From: Phoronis australis
Taxonomy: Eukaryota > Animalia > Phoronida
Assembly: GCA_002633005.1 (NCBI GenBank)
Contig: NMRA01000042.1
Coordinates: 1,012,230 to 1,076,229, forward strand
DNA length: 64,000 nucleotides
Direction: 5' to 3'
Below are positions 10,451 through 22,574 of the stretch, piece after piece. The stretch's first letter is position 1. Every line of letters starts with the position of its first letter. The notes under the pieces were generated by a model that saw nothing but the letters and a program-made list of their open reading frames with translations, was not told where the DNA came from and did no database searches. A program made the position numbers and the translations under genes.

Positions 10451-13400
10451 ACCCCCACCCCCACCCCACCCCCTCTATGTAGGTTCATAATGAGCAAAGC
10501 TCAATTACTACATCTAGGTAGTCACTCGCAAGAGTTCCATAATGCGCCATTGCCTAAACACAAACCTATTTCCCCAAATTTCATGAGAATCCGCCAATGT
10601 ATTAATTGTGAAGACAACGAGACAAAAGTAAAATCTAAAAGTGCCACTTAAGGACACACCGATTGCCGGGTCTGTTGGAAAATCGGCGGCCATTCCCAGG
10701 CTGTCAGTTCATAAGAGCATCCCTACTTATTTCCGGCAAGCTGTTTAGGAGACGCAGTAGCGGACCCCGGACGACATACGCAGAATGCCTGGGCAGTGAT
10801 GACGGCAATAAACACCAACGCATTATAATACGGATCTCTGCTTATCTGTGAGAGGTATTTCCGTGTTCCCTCGCCGTGTATTACGGTCATGGAATGGCAC
10901 AGAGAGGCGTAAACATACCGGCAAAAGACTTGGATCTTAGTTCTGTATTCACTTCTATTAAATTTAGGCGAATGACCTACACAGAGTGTGTTCACAAGTA
11001 TGATATTAATTTCCTCAATGGAACTTGACTGCAGAGCCAATTATAATTGTGGTATATTAATGGGCTGTTCATCTCACTTTCTGTTGCCCCGTGTATAGTG
11101 AATACGCGTCAGGAGAACAGTATTACAAGCGGAAAATGTATTTTTCAGATACCAGGAATATGTATTTTTACTAAGAAACGGTTAATTTCCATTTCTATGT
11201 TGCCGACAAAAAGTTTGTTTCATAGTTTCAGAATTATTAAAGAAAACAGCGTCGTATAATTTGACAACGAAAATTGCTTTCATGGAGGCGCAAATTTTTC
11301 TAAATGAACTTTCATGTAAACCGCTACTTTGTTTTGATGCATTACGTGAAATGTCTTGAATTGTGCCACAGAGAAACTGAAGCCATCCTGAAATTGGGTC
11401 AAGGTCAAGTAATCGACTCGACTGAACAGGAACTAGAACCGTGAATAAGTTAGATGTAGCAGAGTTCTAGGAAAGCTGGCCAGTCAGGTTTGCAGTAAGG
11501 TTATCATTATTGAGGGCACGAACTAATTGAACTTCGCGAAATAATTGCCCTACCCCACTTGGTCCCCAAATTCCAAATTCCCAAATACATCTTGAACCAG
11601 TCAATTTTCGTGGATACATGATAAGACATAAATCAGTAACCAACGAACCCTCACAAGTAACCAGACAGAAGAAGATAACTTTGAGACTAGGTGTTAGACC
11701 GACACATGGCAACTTTTAAGTAAATTTAAAAACTAAAGAAACGCACACCACCTTTTTGGATTTATGTGCAGGTTCTTAAGTTGAGAGACAAATTTTGAAA
11801 CCTTTAATTTAATATGTGCAATTTTTAGCGATTCCAAAGGCATGTGAGCATATACTGCCTACTAGGTCTCGTTCAACGGTTAGCCTGAAAGGCTTCTATA
11901 ACCAAATTAAGTGGTGCCAAGCACCAGTGTTAAAGATGAAACTTTTGTGTACCGGGAATAAAACCGCAGGGCAAAATGCCACAGCTAAATTGTATAATTT
12001 TCTTTTGATATCTTCTACTTGGTCACAAAGGCTGCTCGCTGTACCCCGGCCGCTGTTTTCATCAATTTCCATTGAGTTTCACGTGGCCAGTATATTCTGC
12101 GCCATATTGATTGCTCCGTCAGTAGTCGTCGAGTTATATCACTGCAAAGGGAACTGAATGGAAATACTTGTACACAAGATATGGGAAGCCTGCTGAGCAG
12201 AAATAATTCCAAGACACGTTTTCTTTTCAAGAGTAAAAATCTTTGCAGGACCAAAAAGCAAATCAAAGCCAGAATTTATCACGCTGGTACATAAATTTAA
12301 CAAGTCAAGACCGAAACTTAATCATGCCAGGAAAGAAAATTCTCATGCCAGGAGGCCACGTGACCATCCACAAGCACGTGACCATGAACATTTGGACGAT
12401 GGACGAGACCATATAGAACTCTAGCCCTGCAAGGCCAACTCGCGCACATGACCTATGTATTCTATTATTAGAGCTTGAGACCCCGAGATTTGCCGCAAGA
12501 GGTTGCACTGAGAATTGACTTATCGCAAGCTCAGATGTCAGAGACAAATACACTGTCGCTAAACGACGTTCCTGGTGGAATCGATGAGTGTTTTTGCACT
12601 ATCCGAAAATGCTTCGACAAAGACAACAGGCGATGCTACGTTTATGATTTGAGAATTTGCAAAGGTAACGATGTAAAAGTAAGTGTTCGAGGAAACGTAT
12701 TTCGGAGCCAGCGAAGAACCCGGGTTCACCAAATGAAAGGTGGGTCACAACTGCCCGCCGTGGGACTCTCCGAATAAAGTAGGTCGAGTAAATAGCACTG
12801 ATTACGCTTTTTAATCTTCGAACGAAATATTTCGATTAAAAAAATCAGGTTTAACTAAAGTACACACTCATCTTGTCCATGGCAAGCAGTTAGCTCCGGC
12901 AGGTCTAGGGCTGTGTCCGAATCAAATAAATGCACGTAATTGCACGATTAAGACATTTAAACTAGGCTTACCTTCTAACAAACTTCGCATTATTGTAGTT
13001 TCAGTGCAAAAAGGTAGCTTGTAGTTATGGTTGCAAAAATGACAAGTCTGGTGTAGTGGCAAAAATGGCTATTTACAAAAATAACTCAAATTCCTTTTTT
13101 ATAGCTTCATAAATCTAAATATTATGTTTTAACAACTTCAACTCTATAGGCGAAGTGTATACGAGAAACATTGCCAAGTTCAGCTGCTCGTGTACGTGTC
13201 CGTTCGCACAGTTTGATACATAGTTTAAACCTATCGATGTCACTTTTGAGCTTCAGGGGAGATGTCCAAAAAATGTCGGGATATTCTTCTCAAGCTGCAT
13301 AACGACTGTCAGAATTACACACGCCATATCAACACGGTATCATCACTCTTATCACTCAATTTCTTGAGTTATAGACTAAAATAAGTTTTACACGACGACG

Positions 13401-13734
13401 TATTATTTGTCGGGTAAAATGGCGGCTTGGAAAAGCAGACGAAGGTGTGTCAAGAATGCTGCGTTCTGATTGGTCAGTCATAACACTGGCAATACATGTA
13501 GGTCAAATTCTGACTGCTTGCTCGACTGAGTTTTGACTCAGATTTGTAGTTATCAAATCAAGCCTAATTTCATTGTTTCATTTTCATTTTGTTACTATTG
13601 ATCTTCTGAGCTCCAGTCGTAGAAGCACTTTCGACAACCTATCATGCTACATGCCAAGAATTTTTCAACAAGACACTTTTGGGTTTAAAATTATGTTACA
13701 GTATTTTATGAAAAGAAGCTATGTTAGGCCTATT

Positions 13735-15388
13735 TTTAAATACATTTATTGCACAGACAAGAGCACGTAGCCAGTCTGAGGTTGGGTGCCTCAGTTATGG
13801 CTTTAACAAAAGTATATAATATAAACTAATAGATTTATAAGGCAATGAAATACAACTGGAAAGGGAAAAGGAGAGCGGGGAAAGGATTTTCTCGCGCCAT
13901 TCACACACACACACACTCACGCCGTGTTGAAATGATGTCTGAAAAAATTAGGTTCTATATAAATACGTACAAACATAAATACATGTAAAATGATAATAAG
14001 TGTACAACTTCGATGATTTCTAGAATACTGATTAAAGCATGCGTGCAGACCTCTCCATTTATCCATATTTGTGTCCGAGGTATCTGTTAAAATTGTGTTT
14101 ATACCAGTTTGTAATTTCAACTTGAAACCGTTAAAAAGGAGAGGCTTTTTTACCTTTGATGACTGATAAATGAAGTAAAGTGCAAGTGTATTAATGGTAG
14201 TGCAAATTAATTTGTGGTTTGTATTGGGGTTTTGAACAAAATCTAATATGCCCCACATCGTAAACATGTATTGGGTATTTAGGACTTTATTTAAGAGTGT
14301 TTGCAATGATTCCCAGAAAGTCCTGATATGTACAACAATAAAACATATGAAATAGATTCTGTAACTCATCACAATAGGGGCACTTATCAGTATGAACCAC
14401 CCCTATTTTGTATAAAGTGATATTTGTAAATATCCTTCAGTGGGTAAAGATGTACCTGAAGTTTTTTAATTCAGGATTTATGGGGAGGCTAAACGGTAAA
14501 AATAAATTTCTCTAATTTCTTTTTCATCATAGTAATTACTTAACCGCACACAAGTGTCAGGTTTTTGTTCAAAAGTATGTGTAGTACAATTTTTAAACCA
14601 ATATTTGCTACAACTGCTATAATTAATTAAATGAAAGTTGTTACAACCAATAGATCTTGCTACTAGTTCGCCAAGATGCTTCCTCAATGCACTAACAACA
14701 ACATTGTATTGCAATATACAAAAATTCTTGAGATTTATTTATTTTTGATAAAATCCCAAATAAGAATTTGATTTTCATTATCTAGAAAATCTTCGCAAAA
14801 CAACAGTCCCGCTTCAAACATTTCCCGACAAAGTACGGATTTATTGCTAATTAAAATGTTTTGATTATTCCATAACACGAGTTTGTTAATAGTAATATTC
14901 TTAAAAACTTCCATATTCAAAGGCTCTAAGCTTTTCGGCACTTCTGTGTAAAAGGAACTGTTAATTGACATTTTCAATTTTTTTAAACGGAAGTTCGAAA
15001 AAAATAAGGCCACCACCCAATTTAGTTAAAAGAGACTTGGGATAAAATTTTCAACTTCCATGTCCTCCTGAATTTAAACGTTTGACCCAATTGAACATGA
15101 GACTATTTTTAATTACTTGCACACTAGGATATTTCAACCCTCCTTCTTCATATGGAAGTACACTGACAGATTCCTTTATTCTTGGTGGCTTTCCAAACCA
15201 AATGAAATCTCTTATTATTTTATCTATTTCTATAATCCTATTTGTTGTAACTTCGATATTGGCTAAAACGTGAACCGACTTAAACAAACCGTAAGTTTTT
15301 ACAATATGAATCCTCCCCGTGGTCGTCAAATGTCTAGTTTTCCAAATATTTAATAGATCTTTTAATTTCTGAATTTTATTGCCATGGT
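13735..15388 (-). mobile_element. L1/Tx1-clade LINE, decayed 3' portion
   Basis: GRIHIVKTYG...IDKIIRDFIWFGKPPRIKESVSVLPYEEGGLKYP and LWNNQNILISNKS are typical L1/Tx1 post-RT motifs; many stops and frameshifts; minus-strand AATAAA near 13744. Confidence 0.8.
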
Positions 15389-16759
15389 TTAGGCCCTAAA
15401 AGCAGGTGTGTTTACGTAACTTTCGAAAAATTACTCATAACTGCTTAGCTATAATTTTCGAAAAATTACTCATAAATGCTTACCTAAGTGCTTGTGTGTG
15501 CGTGCGTCCGTGTGTGCGTGCGTGCGACCCTGCGTGCGTGCGACCCTGCGTGCCTTGCCCAGATACTGTTTTTTCGATTTCTGAGAAGTACCTACTAAAA
15601 TTTTTAAAAAGTGCAAAGTTTACCTTATAAAACAACCCAATCCAGTACTTCGTGTTGCTGACAGCGTACTGTGCGTTTGCCAATTGCCCCGCTATTGGCA
15701 GACTGTCCACTTTTTTAACTTTCTTCCGCCATCCAGCCACACCATCTAATGGTCCCGCTTTTTGACACACTGCGAAACTGAAATATTGTAATTTGCCACG
15801 CCACATAGCCAGGAAGTCCCGCTTTTTAATTCAGTTTTCCGTTTATTGTTCTTGAAAGTTGACCGTGACAACTATGTAACAGGTGGTCAAAATAACATTG
15901 TATCTCTTCATGAATAGTAACATAACTATCGTAAAAATGTGTTCCAATTTCTCTTGTTTACGGTAACATACAGTGCGTGTATCAGGATCACGAACTTTTA
16001 CTTTCTGAAGAAAAAAGCTTATTTCTAAACTTTATGGAAAGTCCTACACTTCAATCAGGGTGATGAGCTATTCACAGTACATTTCAAAGTTACGTGATAG
16101 ATGTTTGCCCATTTTTATCTATCTGAAAACTTTATCTGCAAATTTCGGATAGATACTTAGAGTAGTTTGTCGCATTTTTCGTTTTTTGCCGCTGCATTCT
16201 GAACTTTTCTGAGTAATTATATCAAATGGCACCAAAGGTCCAATTAATTATAATATATAAAGATGTGTAATTTTGGATGAATTCCTGACTAAATTATCCA
16301 CAGGAAGTGTGAAAGATACATATTCTAAAACCTTTGTCTTTATAGGGAAGAAATCTTTTGAATCATTGAAATTATTTCCCTAATGAATTAACTATCATTT
16401 TTGTAACTTTTTTGGTTTATTTCCTTTTTATATTACTATTACACGCTATTATTTTACGCATTTTGACAACGCTCCTGGTTCCTAGAATTAAAAAATATTT
16501 TTTAACCAGTTAGGTATGCGAAATGGTAATTACTGATGAATTAAATTGTTTATCTTTACCTTCTGGTATAATCACCAAGAATTGACAAATGGTGATATGG
16601 CTCTTATGCAATGCGGTTGAACAACGGCGGAGTTGCGAAAAGTTTTATTGACAGTAAATTCCATAGCAAGTACACACACCGGAACAAACGAATGCAAACA
16701 ACTCTTACGCATGCGCGGCGTAGACGAGTTAAATTTCATTCCTGAAGTGATGAATTCTT

Positions 16760-16870
16760 AGTCCTGACGTGATAAATTATAGGTCCTGACGAGATAAATT
16801 TTGGGTCCTGATGTAATATATTATAGGTCCTGACATAATGAGTTTTCAGTCTTGACGTGATAATTTTTTG
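16760..16870. repeat. Short tandem repeat, unit about 22 bp
   Basis: gtcctgacgtgataaattatag repeated about five times with variation. Confidence 0.7.
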
Positions 16871-17039
16871 TTTTGAGGTTTTTGGTCTTGCAGAGTGAAG
16901 GCCTATGTACTGAAATAAAAATGAGCGTACTGTTCTACATGCATCAGTGGAAATTCTGGCGTTAAAACCATCCATAACAAATAAATGATAATACTTATTT
17001 ATACCATGATATTAGCCTCGAATGGCAGCTACAACCCAT

Positions 17040-17140
17040 AAAGTTATCTTACTAGTGAGGTAACATTTCGGCAGGGAAATCGAGGCCGGAATCGAACCCG
17101 GGCCTCAAGAGTTTCGAGTGGCCGACTTTACCACTCAGCG
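17040..17140 (-). mobile_element. tRNA-derived SINE head
   Basis: Minus strand GCTGAGTGGTAAAG ... GGGTTCGATTCC (A and B boxes). Confidence 0.5.
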
Positions 17141-17706
17141 GCTGACGTCATCGAACGTGAAAATAGAATACTTAAATGAGCACGCGCAACAATCGCATGT
17201 TCAGGTAAGGGCATTGCATCGACATTTGTACGCTATGAAAAATAAGACGCATAATTTCCATTAAAACGATCTTTTAATTCAGTGAAATTTTTCTCTCGTG
17301 TTCTCTCGCTTGTAAATCACAGATCTCCAATTTGAATGCGGGTATTGCGTCGTCGGGATCCTTTCACTTGAGCATTATAGTCAGTTACTAGTGGTGACCT
17401 ACTTTAGCAGACGATATTTCCCGGTCGAAGCTTAGCGTGATAAAATGTGTAGTAAGCTATAATAGTTGCTAAACCTTAATTTATAGATTCGCTTTGTTTC
17501 TATTTTGTTTAATTTTTCAATTGGTTTTGAGTAAAAGCATTATTTGACAAAAATAGCTCGGCTTTTCTTAAAAGGTCACGACCTCCGACCCGGGCCTCTG
17601 ACATAGAAAGTAGTTGCAAAGCCGAGGCGAGTCGAGAAAGGTAGATCGATTCATTGCAATGTTTCTCGTTCAGTATGTGATATAAATAGATTATTACATG
17701 TTCTCT

Positions 17707-17827
17707 GTCGTTATCTCCCGTATCTATAGCCCGAGTGGATTTTGGAGAATTATCGCCCTCGGGGCTCACGCCCCTCGGCGATAATTCTCCAAAGTCCACT
17801 CGGGCTCTAGATAAAGGGGATAACGAC
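17707..17827. repeat. Long near-perfect palindrome (51-bp arms)
   Basis: 17707-17757 is the reverse complement of 17777-17827 with 5 mismatches; inner mini-hairpin ggggc-tcac-gcccc. Confidence 0.9.
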
Positions 17828-17869
17828 TTCGCTATATGTACAACACTTACATCTACAGCTACGCAACAA

Positions 17870-19210
17870 GATACCATTTCCTCTTCAACATAGCTAGTTG
17901 AGCCTTCTGGCGGTGGGTAGTCAAAACACAGAATTACACCTTGGTCTAAATTTAATAAACATTTTTCTAACTGAAAAATAACACCAAGTGTGAAATCCGA
18001 TTTTATGCGACCACAGTACTTGGCTAAATGCTCCTTCACAAACACGGTGATGCCAACGGAATTGCGACCACGCTTTTTTCTGCTTTGGTTGTACGTATTA
18101 AAAGTTGCATAACCTTGTAAGTCAAACTGATCTTGTCTACTAGCCCACGTTTCACACACTGAAACAATGTCATAACTCGAGAGGAAATTTTATCATCAGG
18201 AGGCTCTATTTTCTTTACCAGACCATGTGCATTCCAACTCGAAATTAGGATTTCTTGCTTATGCACAATTCACCTACCAGTCTTGGTCATTTCCCTATTG
18301 TCTTCTCGGCTGATGTCGTACACGTACGTTTTCCTGTCAATAACCAGCTTTTCGAACTTTATGAACGCTGCCTTGCCTTGACCACTGGCGTCCAATTGGT
18401 ATTTATTTACCGAGCTTTTTACGGGCATCTCTCACCTTGACTGAGTAGTCTTGCGTAATACGGTATGCAGAGCCCAGCAGCTTTTCCTTTCCAGTTTTAG
18501 GACCTCCTCTCTATAAAACTGTTTAGTACTGCAGTGATCGGTCTTCTGACTCCAAGCTGTCTACCCTTTCAATAATGATGGAACCTGGCTGTACAATTTC
18601 AAACTTTTCTTGAAAAAAGCATTTACTTTAACCTCACAGTCTCCCCTTGTGTCACTCATGTTATTTGCCTGGGGCCTGTTCCAAGAAACTGACTTAAGTT
18701 CATTTTTGACTTAAGTCTAAGATTTGTCTTAACTTCCGAACTTTGAAACTTCCACATTTGAAAAGTTGGTCAAAATTAAGACAAAACTTAGGTCATACAC
18801 TTAAGTCAAACTTAAGATCTTTTTCTTGATTTGGTTTTGAGACGAATTCAACTTTTATTTTAAAATTTACTAAAATTTAAGATTTGTCTTGGCTAAGTCA
18901 GTTTTGTTGGAACGGGCCCCTGATCTTCAATTGCCTAGATAATTACATTATTACGGCGAGATTGACCTTCCATATAATCTATTTTTCCTTCACGATTTGA
19001 CATTTGTTGCTTGAGGGCAGCGTTTTCATTTTTCAGCTCTGTCACCGTAGATTGAGCTCGTTCACAGTAACATTCCAGACTTTCACTTCCAGCATCTGTT
19101 CGTCAAGTTTTCTTCACTTTTGCAACTGAGTAGTTATAGCGTCGAATCGCTGCAAAATTGTATTCTGGCTGACCCCAGGTCTAGTACACATTTCGTAATC
19201 ATCGCCATCG
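17870..19210 (-). mobile_element. LINE 5' fragment (ORF1 remnant plus APE endonuclease start; RTEX/CR1-group)
   Basis: ILISSWNAHGL...VCETW...GYATFN..RKKRGRNSVGITVFVKEHL...YPPPEGS is an APE endonuclease N-terminus; decayed upstream ORF1-like sequence. Boundaries approximate. Confidence 0.7.
18672..18919. mobile_element. PIF/Harbinger-type MITE
   Basis: TIR GGGCCTGTTCCAAGAAACTGACTTA / TAAGTCAGTTTTGTTGGAACGGGCCC; CTG TSD at 18669-18671 and 18920-18922. Confidence 0.8.
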
Positions 19211-20489
19211 CTGAGGCAAGGATCATTTGAGAAAAAAAATGAATTAATTTGACGAACAGTGATCGAAACAAAAGTAATCGAATTCTTAATTGCTGAAAAG
19301 AATCGGATCGAATTCCTAAAAATGAGTATAGTCTTACACCTCTTATTAATATGAAATATACCTCATTGTCATGTTAGTCAGGTAGTTTGTCAACCGAAAT
19401 CATCAATTTCAGGTTTGAGGTCAAAATCAAGTTACAACCTAACAACCATTTTCTTGGAGTGACACCTTGGCAAAGTTCAGTAGCTGTCTAGCGACTAGAA
19501 AATCTAGCCAAAATCTCGCGTGAATTGGTTATCGTTACCGTGGTAACCAGGTGTTAGGGTCACTAAATTTAGGATTGATGGCAATAAAATTAGAAGCAGA
19601 CAAACATGCTTAAACCATTTTAGTGACCCTGTCTATAATCTTAGGATAGTTTCAAAGCTTGAATGATTACCGACTGGACTTGCGGCTGAATATATGCTTT
19701 GCCTTTACATTTAAATTCTACTACATGCCCTTAACCACACATTCGGGACCAAGTGCATTTTCAGTGCACCCAGAAACTTTCGTATTTAATGCCAGGTCTT
19801 ATATACGGGATGTTGCGCTACGGCTTTAGTCTGCTATAAGATAAACTACTAGTTGAATGTTCAGGAAACACCCCTTGAGAGAATTTCCGCACGTTTTTTA
19901 AAGTGTTTCTTACGGGAGGTCCTTATGGTCGTCTATGCGTATACTGCACAGTCCAGCTGACCCCAAGCTGAAAGGTATTAGATCGTTTTCTGCCTGTGGT
20001 CCTGTCTGTAGAGTAATATAAAAAGTCTGCATTTTGATGAAAATGGTGGTGTCTTGTTTAAGTTCCATATAAAATATAATGAGTTCTATTTTTGAACGAA
20101 AAAACTACTAAAACTAGTGACGCTTTGATTATTTTACAGTTCGGATTGCACAGAGCAGTTTTGACGTTCTCAGAATCTTACTACAAGTACGAAATGTCAT
20201 GTGGTTCAGAAGTTTCGATTTTAAAGGCGAAGACAACCTTTTTCCATGTCATTTTGAGCTAAAATAAGGTTGGTTGGTTATCCTAGACATATTTTTCACT
20301 TAATTACAGCTTTTCGTAATTTTATTAATTATTCGTCCGCTTTTCCGGAAGTGACGTTTTAGGAGGCAAGCGCTTCCCGCCAATTTCTTTTCACATAGTC
20401 TGACTGTGACAGCTGCCGAGTCAGTCATTGTTCTACCTCGTTTGTGTTAAGTTCCGTCGTCGTTCGCTTTCATTTACTAGTCAGTCAAC

Positions 20490-21560
20490 ATGCCACACTG
20501 TTGCTGCGTACCGGGATGTAGTAATTATCGGCTCACGCGCGCTTTGGGAGTGCCTTTGCATCGCTTTCCGATGGATGACACACTTCGCCGTACTTGGCTC
20601 GTTCGTGTGAAGAACGCAGCGTTACCCGTCCACGCAACGTACAAAGCAGTGGAGAATTACCGTGTGTGTGGCAAGCACTTTCTGCCGTCCGATTACGAAA
20701 GGGATTTGTACGCTGAACTGATGAAGGTCCCCGCGAAACAACGCTTGAAGAAGGATGCCATTCCGTCTGTGTTGATTCCCGGCAGTGCCCCGTCGCCACC
20801 CCCGAGAAGTGCGTTTTTGAAGCGAGAAGCCTCGCGAGCTGTGGCCAGTACAGTGACTGGAGCCAGTGGAGGCACTTCATCTACTGTCACCCGTGCCTCC
20901 GAACGTACCCCAGAGCGTGCAATTCCTGGAACCAGTAGTGATTCGCCCTGTGCTGTTTTCTCCAGCCCAGAGCCTCTAAGCAGCCCTGCAGCGATATTGA
21001 GTAGTGGGAGTGATTACAGGCCCAGTTCGACACCCAGTGAAGAGGACAGTTCGTCGTCCAGTGAACAGATCGGTGAGCCAAACTTTGATAAGTTTATTGT
21101 GGACTTGTCTAAAGTGTTGGAGCTATTTAGAAGGTGCCAGGTGTGTGGCGAGGGAGTCACACGACACAATGTAAGCAGTTTGGGTGCTCAGGTCACCATC
21201 CAGTGGGAGTGTGTCACGGGACACTCTGGCAAGTGGGACAGTTGTTCCTCTGTCCGTGGTATGCCGGAGGTCCACTTAACCATGTCCAGTGGTGTGCTCT
21301 TCACTGGAAACACGTTTCAGTCGGTGAAGACAATGATGGACTTTGGAAAAGTCAAGTTTTTTTTCGAAAACAACATTCAACAACATTCAGAATTCCTATT
21401 TAATACCAGTTGTCAATGACGCATACATGTCACAACATCTCGAGTTGGTGGCGGAATTCATGGAGAAGGAGAACTTGTCTGACTCACCAGGGCGGTCCGC
21501 CAAGTATACCACATACACTCTAATGGAGGAAGAGACCAAAAAGATAATTGATGTGGAACT
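20490..21560 (+). pseudogene. Truncated, frameshifted Kolobok THAP-DDE transposase
   Basis: ORFs 20490..21419 and 21343..21585. The DSPGxSAKYxTYxLM motif is present but the usual preceding GDGR (first catalytic Asp) is missing; the ORF ends at the deletion junction. Confidence 0.85.
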
Positions 21561-21831
21561 CGGAACAGCACAAGCATTCAATTGAGGTAGGCATAACAAC
21601 GCACACAGTGCATTTGCACCAAGATGTGTCACCACGTCTGTCTTCAGTAGCCGCCTCGTTTCTCTCAACAGCTGCCTGTGCCTGTGTGTACTCTGCCTCG
21701 TTGTACTCGGGCTCAAACATGTACCCACCCACTGAATGTCCGTGAAAAAATTCCTCGTCACCACTGCTGTGAACAAGGTCTCCGTCACTCACACTACTGT
21801 CACTGTGATACGGGTCACCGACTCCAGCCAT
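21556..21831 (-). pseudogene. Truncated KolX accessory protein, copy 2
   Basis: MAGVGDPYHSDSSVSDGDLVHSSGDEEFFHGHSVGGYMFEPEY...WCKCTVCVVMPTSIECLCCSEF, then the junction into antisense transposase. Confidence 0.82.
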
Positions 21832-22574
21832 TTTCAGCTTACAACACACTAAACAATCCCTAAATCCAACGCAGTTGAGTTCTCTACTAACCTATCTTGC
21901 CGCAGAATACTCGCCGATGGAAAGTGGTGGCGACAATTGGTGAAAAATAGCACAAAACAAAAGTAGAATAGAACAGATTCGCACAGTAAGCTCAACGCAA
22001 AACCAAGTGGCGGGAAGCGCTTGCCTCCTAAAACGTCACTTCCGGAAAAGCGGACGAGTAATTAATAAAATTACGAAAAGCTGTAATTAAGTGAAAAATA
22101 TGTCTAGGATAACCAACCAACCTTATTTTAGCTCAAAATGACATGGAAAAAGGTTGCCTTCGCCTTTAAGCATACCACACGTCAAAGTAGAGTCTATTAA
22201 GCTGTTATGGTTTATGGTTGTTTTATTCATAACTTAAAGAATATTTGCATGTACCTCCTGCAAAGTTGTCATGCGGTCTTTGAAATGTAATACGCGTGTC
22301 TCGTGAGTCACTGGTTGTCAAGCGTACGTTCAAGCATGCAAAATTTTACGGAGCTAAAATGCCAAAAATTACAAGTGGTGGACAAGGTTATATTGCGAGG
22401 CAAAGTAAAGCAACACCAGTGTTATTTGCGAAAAGGCGTTCACATCGTTTCAGTGATGTAAAAATCCCAATTCATGGAAGAGTTGAACTTACTTTTAGTG
22501 TGACAGAAAGCAGTCCAGTTAGGTATGCGCCTATTGCTTCTGTGCGCGTACAGTTTATCTTGCACCGTCTTTAT

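Larger units (their letters stand above)
20225..22165 (+). mobile_element. Kolobok DNA transposon, internally deleted copy 2 (inverted relative to copy 1)
   Basis: TTAA TSD at 20221-20224 and 22166-22169; 158-bp TIRs (20225-20382, 22008-22165). THAP ORF from 20490; after a poly-T frameshift near 21357 it reaches the Kolobok motif SDSPGRSAKYTTYTLM. Confidence 0.92.
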
